64,000 nt of DNA from Eledone cirrhosa. Lineage: Eukaryota. The translations under genes and the position numbers were made by a program. The notes under the pieces are model-generated. The model was not told where the DNA came from. It searched no databases and saw nothing but the letters and a program-made list of their open reading frames with translations. Shown here piece after piece: positions 41,337 to 55,318 of the stretch; the first letter of the stretch is position 1; each line of letters opens with the position of its first letter. The DNA lies in the NCBI GenBank assembly GCA_964016885.1, contig OZ024745.1:108562001-108626000 (forward strand), in the 5' to 3' direction.

Positions 41337-41483
41337 GAAGTAATTCCGTCGGAAAAGTCCAGGAAAAAAGAGTGCTCTATGTAAGTGACCAGGATTTTTT
41401 CATTCTGAGGATTGAAAGCAAAATCTTTTGCTTTTAAGAAACCACTGGTAAATGGAATAATTGCCTTATGTTGTTTATTACAT

Positions 41484-41533
<50 letters not shown>

Positions 41534-41559
41534 TCCACTTTTGACTTAATATTGCTCTG

Positions 41560-42401
41560 GATATTGTCTATTGAGCTAATCGGTTGTAAATGGCGAAATA
41601 TTGAGGGAAATCGTGTGGAATATGTGGGAGGTGGAAAAAATTGTATTTTGAAGAGTTAAACGGCTGCCACGCCCTCCCTGAACAAAAAATGCAAAGTGTA
41701 AAGCTACTATAAGATGTGCAATGATAGGTTCTATCGTAATATAAAAGTTGAACCAAATAAATTGATTTATGTGTGAGGTGGACCCGAAGTTTCGAATTTG
41801 AACGAAATCGGTTGAAAAATGTGGGAGGTAGAGGCGGAAATTTGAGCGAAAAAGTGGTATTTTCGAATATTTAAGCGGCTGCCACGCCGTTCCTGAACAA
41901 AAAAAAACAACAAAATGCAAAGCCACGTTAAGACGTGAAATAATCAGATCTAGCGTAGTGTAAAATTTGAACAAAGTAGGTTGATTAATGTGGGAGCTAG
42001 AGCCGAAAAAGTGGAAATTTGAGTCTAAAAGTGGTATTTTTGAATATTTAAGCGCTACCACGCCGTCCCTGAACAACAAATGCAAAAATATAAAGCCATT
42101 ACAGGATGTGTAATGATAAATTCTATTTTGCTTTAAAATTTGAACGAAATCGGTGGCAAAATGTGGGAGCTAGAGCCAAACATCTTATTTTTCGATACCT
42201 AAAAAAAGGTGACCCCCCCCCCTATCGCTTTTTATCTGCAGAATGACCCCGGAATAAAAAAAAAAACGATACGCTGATATATAGAAAACACTCCCCGATG
42301 ACTAATCTATGCTCCTGTAAAGTTTCATGAAAATCGGTCGTAAGATGTAGGCCCCTATAAGTAATACACAGACACACAGACATACTTAATGTTATATATA
42401 T
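41560..42401 (-). mobile_element. Non-autonomous DNA element (Helitron-like end) with three internal ~180-210 bp direct repeats
   Basis: TATTTT.GAA..TT.A.CGGCTGCCACGCC..CCTGAACAA repeated at ~41640, 41858 and 42035. The right end resembles the other Helitron-like copies. Confidence 0.5.
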
Positions 42402-42944
42402 CGGTGGATTGGCAGTATCGGTAGAGGGTCAGACACCATGCTTTCCAGCATAGTTACGTCCCTTTACGATCTGAGTTCAAATCCCGCCGAGGTTGATTTT
42501 GCCTTTCATCCTTACGGGGTCGATAAAATAAAGTACCAGTAATGCACTGGGTAATTGCTGGCCTTGTGCCTAAAGTAGAAACAGTTATATATATACAGAT
42601 ATTTATATATATCAGAAAGGATTTGGTAAAATACCAGATGGACCTTGACCCACCAAAGTACTTGATACTTGGGGTAGTAGAGTGAGTAATATGAAAAGAT
42701 TCAGGACCTCAATGGCTGTTTTGACAGCTAGATCCTGTCTTGGCTGCATTGAATTGACTGACATCTGTGTGTAACCAATTCCAGGGGCACCCATTACCTC
42801 AGAGAGTTTAGCACCTAGGGAAGGGCTGTATTGGGATTGACATACAGTTGGGCAGGTTGAGATGTCTGTTGCCAGCTAGCTCTCCATATCTGACACAAGT
42901 GATGTTGATCTAGTAGCCGAGAATCCTCAGCCACGTCTATGAAG

Positions 42945-43600
42945 TGGTCAAATGTGCTCAGGTATTCTCCAGCTTTTTATATACCTGTGAGACATGGACA
43001 TTCACAGCAGAATAACAAGAAAATATTGACATTTAACTTGAGAGGATACAAAATTATTCATGAGCATCTATACAGAAAACACAAGCAAACAAAAACATAC
43101 ACACAATAATCTGTTGATAAATGGACAACTACAAAAATCTGCTAACCAATGTAAAGAAATGAAAAATGAGATGCTATGGTCCCATGACAAGATCTGATGG
43201 ATTGACTATGACCATCCTTTAACCCTTTAGCATTTAAATCAGCCATTACTAGCCAGAATTTCCTCACTTCTTTCTGTTCAAACTGGCTGTAACTAGTCAC
43301 TCATGCTTAGGTTAAGGTATTGTTCTCAAAATAAATAATATCAAAATCTCATAGATTCAATATTATGTGAGATATTATGTGAAGTAAAGCCTTTACTGTG
43401 AAAATACAATAGTAAATATAGAGTAATGTAAATGCTAAAGGGTTAAGAACCATTCAAAGAGTAAATAAAGCAGAGACGTTTGAAGAAGAAATGAGTCATT
43501 AAAGACTCCATAGTAAGGAATGGAAAAGTAAGGACTCCACAACAACACAAGTTATGGTTCACAACAGAGATGGATGGAGGGAAGTGGTACACTGCTCTCT
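42945..43600 (+). mobile_element. Old RTE LINE fragment interrupted by a piggyBac-type MITE (43218-43446)
   Basis: FLYTCETWT, LTNVKK*KMRCYG and NRDGWREVV motifs. Confidence 0.6.
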
Positions 43601-43736
43601 CCTCCTAAAACATTGCCTCTAAAAGGACCCCATGTTATGAAACCTACATAACAAGTACCTGTTTTAGTGGGGAGAATCCCATCAATATGTTTGTTGTTGT
43701 TGTATACACACACGCACATATATGTGTGATATATAT

Positions 43737-44290
43737 ATCATCATCATCATCATCATCACCGTTTTACATCCGTTCTTCCACGCTAGCATGGGTTAGACGG
43801 GTTGTCCTGTTGTGGGCAGTGTCTGGTCGGCTAACCATGCCTTGCTCATACAGGAACTGACCTGGCTTGATTTCTACAGCTGGATGCCCTTCCTAACACC
43901 AACCTCATTTACAGTGAGTGCTGGGTGCTTTTTCGTGGCGCCTACACATCCACTTTACAGTGTGGGCTGGGTGCTTTTTTTGCCGTGGCATCTCCACGAC
44001 CACCTTGCGGTGAGGGGTGTGGGGGCATATTGTCTATATGCTTCAGCTTGTACCCATGGGAGGTCGTGTACTCTGTATTACTGCGTGACGCCAGAAGTCA
44101 TGGTCGTGTGTCATTGCCTTTGAGAGGTGTAATTGGGTAAGGTCGGCTTTTATCACCTCATCCCAGGTCATCTTGGGTCTCCCCACTCCGCGGTTTCCAT
44201 CAACTTCTAGTGCTCTGCACCTTTTTATGCAGCTGTCATCCTTCATACGCATCACATGTCCATACCAGCGCAACCGCCTCTCCTGTGTGT
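43737..44290 (-). mobile_element. RTE LINE 3' fragment, same family as 296-1480
   Basis: QERRLRWYGHVMRMKDDSCIKRC..GRPKMTWDEVIKADL, then the 3' UTR and (ATG)n. Confidence 0.85.
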
Positions 44291-44917
44291 CAGGTCACCA
44301 GTTGGTGCTACTGGTAACATGTATCCCAGTACAACCTGTTTCATGGTCGGGTCGTTGGTGACTAAACTGGCAACCCCACCAAGGTTTCTTGGTGAGGAGG
44401 GTGGCTTTGGACATCCTGCAGAACTAAAAACAAAACCTGTCAAAAGGCAAAGGAGCTCTTAAGAGTCAATAGCCATCCAAAATCACTGGGAGAGATGACA
44501 CCTTAGCCTTTGTCAAGGCAGAATTCTAGGAGAAGGAAAACTCTGATATAACACCTGCAACCCTGATGGTATCCAATGATGTTGACTTGTTCTTCTTTTT
44601 GGTAAATATCATCTTGGTTAAGAGAGTGGGACTGGCTTTGTGCAGTGCCTTTGCTCACTATAAAAGCTTTACGGCACAGGCATTGCTTTATATCTGGAGA
44701 TCTCTCTGCACTTGTCGTCACATGGTACCATGGGCCCAGCACTATGTGTCAATAATTGTCACAAGTGTAGTGTTTGTACCAGAGTTTTCAAGTCGCTGGC
44801 TGGACTAAAAAGTCACACTCGTTCAGCGCATCGGTAGGGGTTCTCCTACTTGGATATAAAGTAGTGGCCGTACTCGAAAACGAGTTGGCAGCCACCATTT
44901 ATATGTATATATATATA

Positions 44918-45228
44918 TCAATGATATTAAATAAATGGAAACTATATTTATAAAACCATATTTATTCTATTATATATATTTCAAGGGTACCAAAACTTTG
45001 GTACGCTCTCATCAGATAAAATACAAAGTTTGTTTTATAAATATTGAGATATCCAGGAATGAGATTGTAACGGTTCAAGTTTTTCTTGGATATATAATAG
45101 AATAAATATGGTTTTATAAATATAGTTTCCATTTATTAATATCATTGATATTATACTCCAGAAAACCTGTCGAGTGCTTCGAATCAGTTATATTTGTTGA
45201 ATTACCAACAAATTAAATATCCCTTTAT
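44918..45228. mobile_element. Asymmetric fold-back element of the 19.1-19.5 kb family
   Basis: The left arm contains a full hammerhead. The right arm starts near the cleavage site and runs through the bulged hairpin. Flanked by (TA)n. Confidence 0.75.
44963..45023 (-). ncRNA. Type I hammerhead ribozyme (minimal stem III)
   Basis: TATTTTAT-CTGATGA-GAG.GTACCAA/TTGGTAC.CTT-GAAA-TATATA-TA-ATAGAATA. Confidence 0.75.
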
Positions 45229-45754
45229 TTATATATATATATGTGAGTCCTTTACTCCGTTGCTTCATTTGATATTTTAGCTCCCCACACCCTGTTGGTC
45301 GAGCACAAAATGTAACTTGAATGGTAATTGTCAAAGTGGTCTGTTTGATAATCGCCACTGAATGTGAACAAATTCCCCAGAAAGATAACAAGGACTTAAA
45401 GTTCTGTACAAAAGTTAACAAGAACTTGCTAGAACTAATATCAATAATTGTTTCTACTTTTGGCACAAGGCCAGCAATTACATAGTGTATTACTGGTACT
45501 TTATTTTATCAACCCCATAAGGATGAAAGGCAAAGTTAACCTCGGCGGGATTTCAACTCAGAATGGCAAGGGCCGTAACTCTATACATCAAAGCATGGCG
45601 TCCGACCCTCTACTGATACTGCCAATCCACCGCCCTTAGAACTAATATCAATAATGACTTACTATAAAGATTTGAATAATTAAAGAACACCAACCACAAG
45701 GCAAGTCATTTTTTTCAAATATATCTTACTGAACTAAGGAATTTCCTTCATTTT

Positions 45755-45787
<33 letters not shown>

Positions 45788-45789
<2 letters not shown>

Positions 45790-46114
45790 TCATTTCATTT
45801 TACGTCCGCTTTTCCCTGCTTGCAAGGGTGGGACGGGAACTGATTCTGGCTTGATTTCTACAGCTGGATGCCCTTCCTAACACCAACCTCATTTACAGTA
45901 AGTGCTGGGTGCTTTTTTGCCGTGGCACCTCCACGACCACTTTGCAGTGGAATGATAGGGACCCCAGTCCCTATCATCTCATTTCTACAGCTGAGTAAAC
46001 TGGAGCAATGTGAAATAAAGTGTCTTGCTCAAGGAAACAACACATCACCCGGTCTGAGAATTGAACTCACAACCTTTCGATTGCAAGCCCAATGCTCTAA
46101 CCACTAAGCCATGT
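45788..46114 (-). mobile_element. SINE family A
   Basis: Reverse complement of the 32560-32895 consensus. Confidence 0.85.
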
Positions 46115-46136
46115 ATATATATATATACTCTCACAA

Positions 46137-46167
<31 letters not shown>

Positions 46168-46574
46168 GATGTACACACACGTTCACACAAATATATATGC
46201 TCTTTCATTGCTTACATTTCTCTATCCTTACCTCCTCCTACATCCCACACATTGTCAGTTATCGATGGGGTGGGTAGACATTACCATTACTACCCCACTT
46301 CTATTTCCATCTCAGTTGCCACCTTAACCAGCCTATCATAATCATATTTAATTTTTCCAGTAAGGTAATAATAACTGTAATTCACCACTCTTCAGATCTT
46401 TATTTTCTGACTTCCCAAACCAACAAGCATTCAAAAAACAATACAAAAAAATAAAAAAGATACTTTGAAAAAGCAGGATCCCAGAAAGATAAGCAGTTTG
46501 CTTAATAATCTGTCCAATTATAGCTGTGTCTTTTAATGGCGCCTGTATGTGTATATATATATATATATATATAT

Positions 46575-46642
<68 letters not shown>

Positions 46643-47965
46643 GTATATATTTATATGTATATATATATGTATATATTTATATGTATATATATATGTATAT
46701 ATTTATATGTATATATATATGTATATATTTATATGTATATATATATATAAAATGGGCAAATTTCTTTGGCAAGTCTTAAATGTCAATTGATTGTAACATT
46801 AAGCCATGATGAATAGATTAGTAATAGAAAGAGTGGGTGGGGGTTTTATTTAAAAGGGGCTTCTTTCTTCCTTCTTTTTTTTTTTTTTTTTTTTTCTTAC
46901 CCTTTTTTAAGTGAAATTTTTTGTTTTGTTTTATAAAGAAAGAAGAAAGTAAAATTTGGATAGATAAAGTCCCACCTCACTCAGTAAGCAAATGAGGTCT
47001 GGGATCTTGTTGGTCTTAAAAACAAAATCAATAGACAGAAATTGCCAGAAAGCCTTATAGATGTGTGTTTTCACATGCACTGCACAATACTATCTAACAG
47101 TTGCACTCCTGGCAGAAAGAGCAGACCGAAATAAAGTGTCTTGCTCAAGGTTATAACATATCGTCTAATTCAGGAATTGAACTCACAGCCTCGCAATTGT
47201 GAATTCAACTCTCTAACCCCTAAGCCATGTGCTTTCATTGTCTATCCTACTGACATGACTATAGGAGAAGACACTTGCACCAAATGTCATGCAGCGAGAT
47301 CAAACCTGGAACCCTGTAGTTGTGAAGTTAATTCACTAACCACACAGCCATGCTTGACAGTTAAAAAAAATTAGATAGTCACATATGGAATTCTTTTGAT
47401 CATAGTTCTGCTCAATCAGAAATAATCTGAAGCTAAACAACTTTTTTTTTATTGGTTATAATAAAAAAAAAAATTTCAAATAGCAACACATTCATTCTCT
47501 CACTACACTGTCACCTAGAATAGGGCCTGGCATCAGGAATTTTCTTGATTCAATATTTTTCTCTTTCGTCAAGAAAATCGATATTTGCATTTTATTTCTT
47601 TTTTTGGTGGGGTGGGGTAGTTACAGGTGAAGGAAGGTTCTTTGAAAAATTAGAATGGGAAAAATAAATAAAATACATAGATCTGAAAGGGACAGAAAAT
47701 GGTGCCAAGTTACCAATGTTCCTCATGAGGTGGTGCCAGAAATAACAATTGACCGAGAAAAACTACACTTTCAACACCAACGATTTTCCTGATATAATTA
47801 TTAGATTGAAACAGATTAGATTTAATAATTTGCACCACATTCCTTTACTTTCTATTCCCTTCTCTCTCTACCTGTGTATGTATATGTGTGTATATATATA
47901 TGTACATACACACATTTACACATAATGTGGAAGTGTGTGTATATATATATATATAATAGGTGGAA

Positions 47966-47996
<31 letters not shown>

Positions 47997-49085
47997 AGGT
48001 GGAAGTGTATGTGTGTATATGTATATGTGTGTGTGTATGTGTGTATGGTTGGAGGGGAGAGCGACAGGAAATGTTAACTATTTAAATACATTCCTGACAG
48101 ATTATCGGGGCATAAGCCTTCTTCCATCAAAGAAAAATAAACAGAGCCTCCTTTTTACCCTACTTTACCCCACCACACCCCACTCCAATATTAAAGAACC
48201 TTCCCCACCCACCCTACCAAACCCTTCATCCTCATCTATCCAAAGAAAAAAAAAACTTACCTTAATAAAAAAAAAACATAAGTAACTAAACCTATTTAGG
48301 AAGTTTTGTTGTTGTTGTTGTTTGAATGTATGTAACCAAAATGAAAGATCAAATTAGAGTTCCATTCCCCTACCAGCGCTAGCTTGGTTCTTTAAGCATC
48401 AATCCTATTGGTGACTAGGTAATAATATAGAGTTGAGCCAATCAAATATTAAGAATCAAAGATGTTTTGATGCATTTTTGGTTTTGTATCTTTTAATTTT
48501 CAATAATGGTTAAAATTTTCTGCTGAATAACTGAAAATTCCACTAGATTTTCACAGGTAATTTGTGAATTATTGTTTTTTTTTTCTTTTTTTGGGGGGAT
48601 TTTTATTATTATTATTTATTTTATTATTTTTTGTGGGGTGGGGGATTATTTTGTATATTTATTTATTTTTTTGTATCTATTTTATTAAAAATTATTCCTA
48701 AAAATATTATAATGACAATTATGAATGGCAAAAATATTTCGGTCACACAAGGCAATCAAAGAAAATTGAGGGGATTATTTTAGCAATCACAATCAGGTGT
48801 AAAATGGTGAGGAATGAAAGGGGCTAGAATTGTATTTATTGGCTTTTTTTGTGGTTGTCAATTTATTAAAAATTTTTTTTTTTTACATTGCTTGATTGAA
48901 CCCTGATGAGGATTTGATATTAATGGGGTGGCAGCAATGGGTTGGATTTGAGGATGAAAAATTAAAGGAGTGGAATTTAAAAGAAAATTAGAGAAATTTG
49001 GCATAAGGATTAAAAGTATAAATGAAATAAATGATAAAATAAAAAGAGACTGTATGTTTCAATGGTAAAGACAAATAGTAGAATA

Positions 49086-49751
49086 CTAGCAGAATGACCC
49101 GGCATTGCTCGGGATTCTAAACATAGATTGGCATGTTTATCTCTACTTTCTGAAACAGTACAGAGAAGTACGGAATACCTCAGCCTGGAGATGGTGTCTA
49201 CATTTTGTGCTTATAAAAAAAATTTGCCGTAGATTACCAGGGGTTTAACTTAATTGGCTGCCTGAGAGTAAAATGTTCAACTCACGAAAGCCAAGACGAT
49301 GGAGTTAAGTAAAAAGGCATTCAACAAACCGAACATGTATTTGTTGTGCTATGGTACAATGAAAGCAATAGTTACAGAGCAGTAAGCATGTGTGACTGCA
49401 GTTGTGGAGAGTGTTGTTGTCTTACTCTTTTCAATGTTTTGTCGTATGTTCACCAATTGATGCAGAAGTCCTAATGAAAAGTGAAGTCGCCTTCGGTGAA
49501 CAGGCAAATAATCTTCCATTACAATTTTTCAAAAGCATGTAATTGCGTTCCTTCTCTTTTTTGTTGTTATATTTGCTGCTGTTTATATTTTGTTTTTTAG
49601 TATGCAAAAATATCTGTACACGAATATATAATTATATATATATTAAAATAACAGATTAAAGTTTAATCAAAGAATCGCAAAAAATCGGTTGGGTGGTTCT
49701 CGAGTTTTAGGGAGTCAGACAGACAGACATTCTTTGTTTTAGATATATAGA
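49086..49751 (-). mobile_element. Non-autonomous Helitron
   Basis: Minus strand: 5' TCTATATAT..(GTCT)n; 3' hairpin CCCG-AGCAATGC-CGGG followed by CTAG|T. Confidence 0.7.
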
Positions 49752-51187
49752 TATCCTAAGTGGAGTTATGTGAAGGTGTATTTGGAGAAGAAGAAGAAGA
49801 AGAAGAAGAAGAAAAAGAAGAAGAAAAAGAAGAAGAAAGAGTAGAAGATTATGATGGTGAAAAAGTAGAAAGAAGTAAAAAGAAATAATTCTTTCTAACA
49901 TTTGCACAAGTCCAGCAATTTGTAGGGAAGGGTACATATTCATAGTAGATCCATTTAATTTACTCAGGCTATTCTACCTACATTCACCTACCTTTAAAAA
50001 TATAATTGTTTCTACTTTTGGCACAAGGCTAGCAATTACCCCAGTGTATTACTGGTACTTTATTTTATCAACTCTATAAGGATGAAAGGTAAAGTTAACC
50101 TCAGCGAGATTTGAACTTAGAACATAAATGGCCATACCTCTCTGCTGTGAAGCGTGGTGCCCAACACTACCGATACTGACAATTCACCACCCTCTGCCAC
50201 TAATAATTGTTTTTATTTTTGGCACAAGGCCAGCAATTATCCCAGTGTATTACTGGGATCTATTTTAGAGCGTACCTTCTCAACAGTCTCAAGATCTCAG
50301 CATTAGATCTTTCAGTTTTTAAACCTAGCAGAGCCCATCTCCTCTCCAGATCTGAGCACAGAGAAAGTGAGAGAGAATGATAGAGAGGAAATGAGAAAGA
50401 AACATAGAGGAAGAATCGACCCTAGCATAGAACTGGTATTTTTTTTTTTTTTTGTCAACTTCAAAAGGTTGACCTCTGCAGATCTTGAACTGAGCATTCT
50501 ATCCAATGTTCTGCTAATTTGCCACCTTTACCATCTCTACTAAACCCTAAAATATTAAAGAGAGATTAAAGAAGAAATATGACAATTTTCTGTTTTAAAT
50601 CACAAAATCACTATTTTGCCATTTTGTTCTATTTTAGAGCGTACCTTCTCAACAGTCTCAAGATCTCAGTATTAGATCTTTCAGTCTATCTTCATCTCTT
50701 TTCTTGAATCTCTGGTGCTTACAGTTTATTGAATACAGAATGTAAATGAATTCTATCATCTATTGCCCTTGCTGGAAATAAAACAATTGTTTCTATATTT
50801 GGCACAAGGCCAACAATTATCCCAGTGTATTACTGGTACTTTATTTTATCGACCCCATAAGGATGAAAAGTAAAATTAACCTCAGTAGGATTTGAACTCA
50901 GACCATAAAGGGCCGTAACTCTTTGCTGCAAAGCATGTCATCAGACCTTCTACCAGCCACTAATAATAATAGTTTCTGATTTAGGCACATGGCTAACAAT
51001 TGTGGAGGAGGGGAAAGTCAATTTAATCAACTCCAGTGCATTACTGGTACTTTATTTTATCGACCCCGTAAGGATGAAAGGCAAAGCCAACCTCAGCCGG
51101 TTTGAACTTAGAACATAAAGAGCCGTACGTACCTCTATATCAGGAAGCATGGTGTCTGACACTCTACCAATACTCTCAATCCACCAC

Positions 51188-51421
51188 TCAGACTCAGACT
51201 CAGACTCAGAAGCTCCCGCGTCTTGCGACGCATGAGGCAATCATAGTGTTCCACCGCGTTCGGTCAGCAGCCAGTTGCACAGCGTCCCGCCATTGTCTGT
51301 TTGTCGCTCGCAGGTCCCTCTCAACTGTCTGGCGCCAGTTCATTTTGGGTCGCCCTCTCCGTCTGCTTCCCTGTGGGTTCCATTTAAGTACTTGGTTCGC
51401 CAGTCTCTCCGGGGGAAGTCT
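51188..51421 (-). mobile_element. Young RTE LINE 3' end with (TCTGAG)n tail, inserted in a SINE head
   Basis: LRLPPERLANQVLKWNPQGSRRRGRPKMNW; flanking CTCAA[T/A]CCACCAC duplication. Confidence 0.85.
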
Positions 51422-54400
51422 CAAACCACCACCCTCCGCCATTATTAATAACAATGGTTTCCAATTTAGGCACAAAATCAGGAATTGGAGCAGAAGGTTA
51501 AGTTGATTATATAAACCCCAGTACTTGACTGATATTATATTTTATTGACCATGGGTGGTGGATTGGCAGTATCGGTAGAGGGTCGGACGCCATGCTTTGA
51601 CGCATAGAGTTACGGCCCTTGCCATTCTGAGTTCAAATCCCGCCGAGGTTAACTTTGCCTTTCATCCTTACGGGGTTGATAAAATAAAGTACCAGTAATG
51701 TACTGAATAATTGCTGGCCTTGTGCCAAAAGTAGAAACAATTATATTTTATTGACCTTGGTGGGATATGAACTCAGAACATAAAGAGTCCAAACAAATAT
51801 TCTGCCAACCTACCAGTCTCCTAATAATAGTTTCTTATATAGGCACAAGGCCAGCATATTTTGGGGGGAGGGAGAAGTCGATTAAATCGACCCCAGTGCG
51901 TGACTGGTACTTTATTTTATCGACCCCGTAGGGATGAAAGGCAAAGTTAACCTCAGTGGGGTTTGATCTCAGATCATAAAGGGCCATAACTCTATGCTGC
52001 AAAGCATGGCGTCCGACCCTCTACCAATACTGCCAAACCACCACCCCTTACCATGCTCCTAATAATAATAATTATAATAATGGCAATAATATTAAGAATA
52101 TGGAGAAAAGAAGAAAAAGAAAAAGGAAAAAAGAAAAAAAAAAGAAAAAGAAAGAGGAAGAAAAGAGTGTCATGCAGAGATTTTTTATTATATTATTATT
52201 ATTATTATTACAAAAACCAAACAAAAAAGTCTGATGATCCACTATTCACATAATCAATGTTTCTCTGCAGAGAAAATGGACAGTGGTGAAGGTCGTGGTG
52301 GGGTTGATTTAGTTAGCAACCCCCATATGGAAGGAGAGAGAGAGATGAAAAGAAAAGAAAGAATGAGATGAAGAAGAAGAAAAAACAACGAAAGGAAAAA
52401 AGGAAAAGAAAAAAAGTTTAAAATAAAAAAATAAAAAAGAAACAAAAAAAAATAGAAAAAGACAAAAGAAAGAAAAATAAAGGAAAGGAAAGTTAAGAAA
52501 ATGAAAAAAAAGAAAGAAAAAAATGGAAGTCGAAAAGAAAAAGAAAGATCAAAACATGAAAGTCAGAAAGAAAGACAAAGAAAGATAGATAGATTAAAGT
52601 AAAAAGAAAGAAACAAAGAAACAAAGTTAGAAAAAGAAAGAAAGACATATAGATAAAAAGAAAGACAGAAATAAAGAAGAAAAGAAATAAAGAAAAGAAT
52701 GAAAAAATAAAAAGAAAAAATTGGTGCCAGTGTTCGGGAAGAGGCGTTGGAGGTACGCAAATATAGCATTTACTGCATCAGGGATAGCAAAAAGATGGAG
52801 TCAAAAGCAATTGATGTTATCGGGCTGATAATTACAAGAAGTGTAACTATATAACGTGGAGTGTTATTTTGTAAGTTCCTTATCGTCTGATGTTCCAATT
52901 GCTTCTTCTTTACATTATTTAGTAAAACTAACCTCTAATTTCTGCTTCCATTTATTACTATTATTTTTATTATTATTATAATTATTATTATTATTATCAA
53001 CCACATATTTGCAGTGATTACAGGAAGAAGAAAAGAAAAGAAAAGAAAAAAAGAAAAAAAGAAGAAAAAAAGAAGAACAGAAGAAAAAAAGAAGAAAAGA
53101 AGAAAAAAAGAAAGAACAAGAGACATACAAGGACAAAGGGTAAAACAGATAAATAAATAAATAAATATAAACAAAACAAGAAAAAAAAACTTTGCCAATA
53201 CAATACACAAAAAAAAAAGGAAAGAATTTCACAATGAATTGCAGTGAGTTCTATCAAATATTATATTATATCATATTATATTATAATAGAGGTCTCTTCA
53301 GTCAGTCTGCTGATGAAAAGGATTAGAAGAGGGGGGGGGGGGGGAGAAAACAAAAAGTGGGAGACAGAGAGAGAGGATGGGGGAAGAAGATTATAGAAGC
53401 TCTTTTATTCTGCAAGCCTGTTTTCTATGGCCATTTTGAGACAAGGAGTTTAAACTGGCTGTTCAAAGTCTGTCCAATAACAATAATTGGTGTTTTCATA
53501 TCCCTCTATTAAAGATGGAGGTCAGTAATATATGATACTTAGATCCATATGAAGAAAAAATAAATATAAATACAGCACATATTTCTAATAAATAAAGACA
53601 ACTGAGTTATTTTTACCTCCCTCTCTCTCTTTATTTATTTATTATCAAATGAGAGTCTTAAGTAAATGATGTAATTATTTGGTGCTGGTAGTAGTAGTAG
53701 TAGTAGTAGTGGTTGTAAGAAAGGTAGTTATAGTGTTAGCTGTGATACTAGAGGTGGTTATAATGATCCGCAGCATGTATAACAAACCAAATATTTCCCC
53801 AGTTATCTTATTTTCATAGATAACTCTCTTCGTATTTCAGGGAGGTTAATCCTTAATCTGGGACAGGACATCACACGTTGTGACTAATTCTCTGCTGACA
53901 ACCTTGTCACTTTGGTCACAAACCCAGGCACCTCTGCCCACAATGCAGAGAAGAGACACAAGGCCAGCAATTTTGGGGGAGGGAAAAGTCGACCAAATCG
54001 ACCCCAGTACTTGTCTGGTACTTTATTTTATTGACCTTGGTGGGATATGAACTCAGAATATAAAGAGTCCAAACAAATATTCTGTCAACCTACCAGTTTC
54101 CCAATAATAATTATTATAATTGTTTCTACTTTTGACACAAGGCCAGCAATTACCCAGTGTATTACTGGTACTCTATTTTATCGACCCCGTAAGGATGAAA
54201 GGCAAAGTTAACCTCGGCGGGATTTGAACTCAGAATGGCAAGGGCCGTAACTCTTTGCGTCAAAGCATGGCGTCCGACCTTCTACCGATACTGCCAATCC
54301 ACCGCCCTTACTGGTAATCATTATAATTGTTTCTACTTTTGACACAAGGCCAGCAACTACCCAGTGCATTACTGGTACTTTATTTTATCGACCCCGTAAG

Positions 54401-54511
54401 GATGAAAGGCAAAGTCAACCTCGGCGGGATTTGAACTCAGTTTGTAAAGGGATGTAACTATGCTGGAAAGCATGGCGTCCGACCCTCTACCGATACTGCC
54501 AAATAGCTTTT

Positions 54512-54850
54512 CAGGGAGGTAAATCCCTAATCTGGGACAGGACATCACATGCTGCAACTCATTCTCTGCCAACAACCTTATCACTTTGGTCACAAACCCT
54601 GGCACCACTGCCCACAATGTAAAGAGGAAGATAATCAAATACCAGGGATTGGCAGATTATTTCCTTTTCGTGATGGTCACCATCGAGACCTCAGAAGTTC
54701 TAGGTCACCACACTGCTGTTTTCCTCCGCAACATTGGGAAGTCTGCAGCCCACCTGAGGAAGGAGTTTCATGAAATAGAGTGGTTTTTACAGTGAGTATC
54801 ACTGACTATTCTCCATGGCAATACTATTGTCATTTTGTCAGTGGGGTGCA
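54512..54850 (+). pseudogene. CRE/R2-group non-LTR retrotransposon restriction-like endonuclease fragment
   Basis: SLIWD..AHNVKRKIIKYQGLADYFLFVMVTIETSEVLG..FLRNIG..WFLQ*VSLTILHGN follows the RLE pattern WD..KxxKY..F.P.A.ET.G..QR.S..IQRGN. A partial duplicate lies at 53836-53956. Confidence 0.7.
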
Positions 54851-55318
54851 GTTGAAGCCTACTCCTCAGACAGGGATCAACAGTCATCAATATGCCTCTT
54901 TTTCTGATGTGGAAAAATGTGATTTGTTGGTGATTGGCTTGCAGGTTGAGTAATCATACAAAAGCTCCATGGTTGGCTTGTGGAGTGGCCTAGCTATAAA
55001 GTGGGAATTTCTCCTATATATGTATTGTTTTACAGGTTTCAGTCATTGAATACAGTCATACTTATTTCCAGAATCTGGCATTTATCAACATTTTATCAAT
55101 CTCTATATTTTAACCTCTCAGTTACAAAACATAAAGGGGCCTAACATAAAGTACATCAAGTTTTAAAAGGAAATTCAGCTAAGATTTACAATGAGAATTG
55201 AAGATGTGAGTGATGAAAGAGAGAGAGTGAGAGAAATAACTATATATGTGTATGTATCATCATTTAACATCTACTTTCCCTGCTAGCAAAGGTTGGACTA
55301 TATATAAATATATATACA

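Noticed and set aside
48903-48960. CTGATGAG motif (similar ones at ~52231 and ~53310)
   Set aside because: No stem II/GAAA/stem III arrangement follows.
52720-52900. Possible exon ending at TTTTGTAAGT
   Set aside because: No acceptor (purine-rich upstream), an in-frame stop in the best frame, and an unrecognisable peptide.
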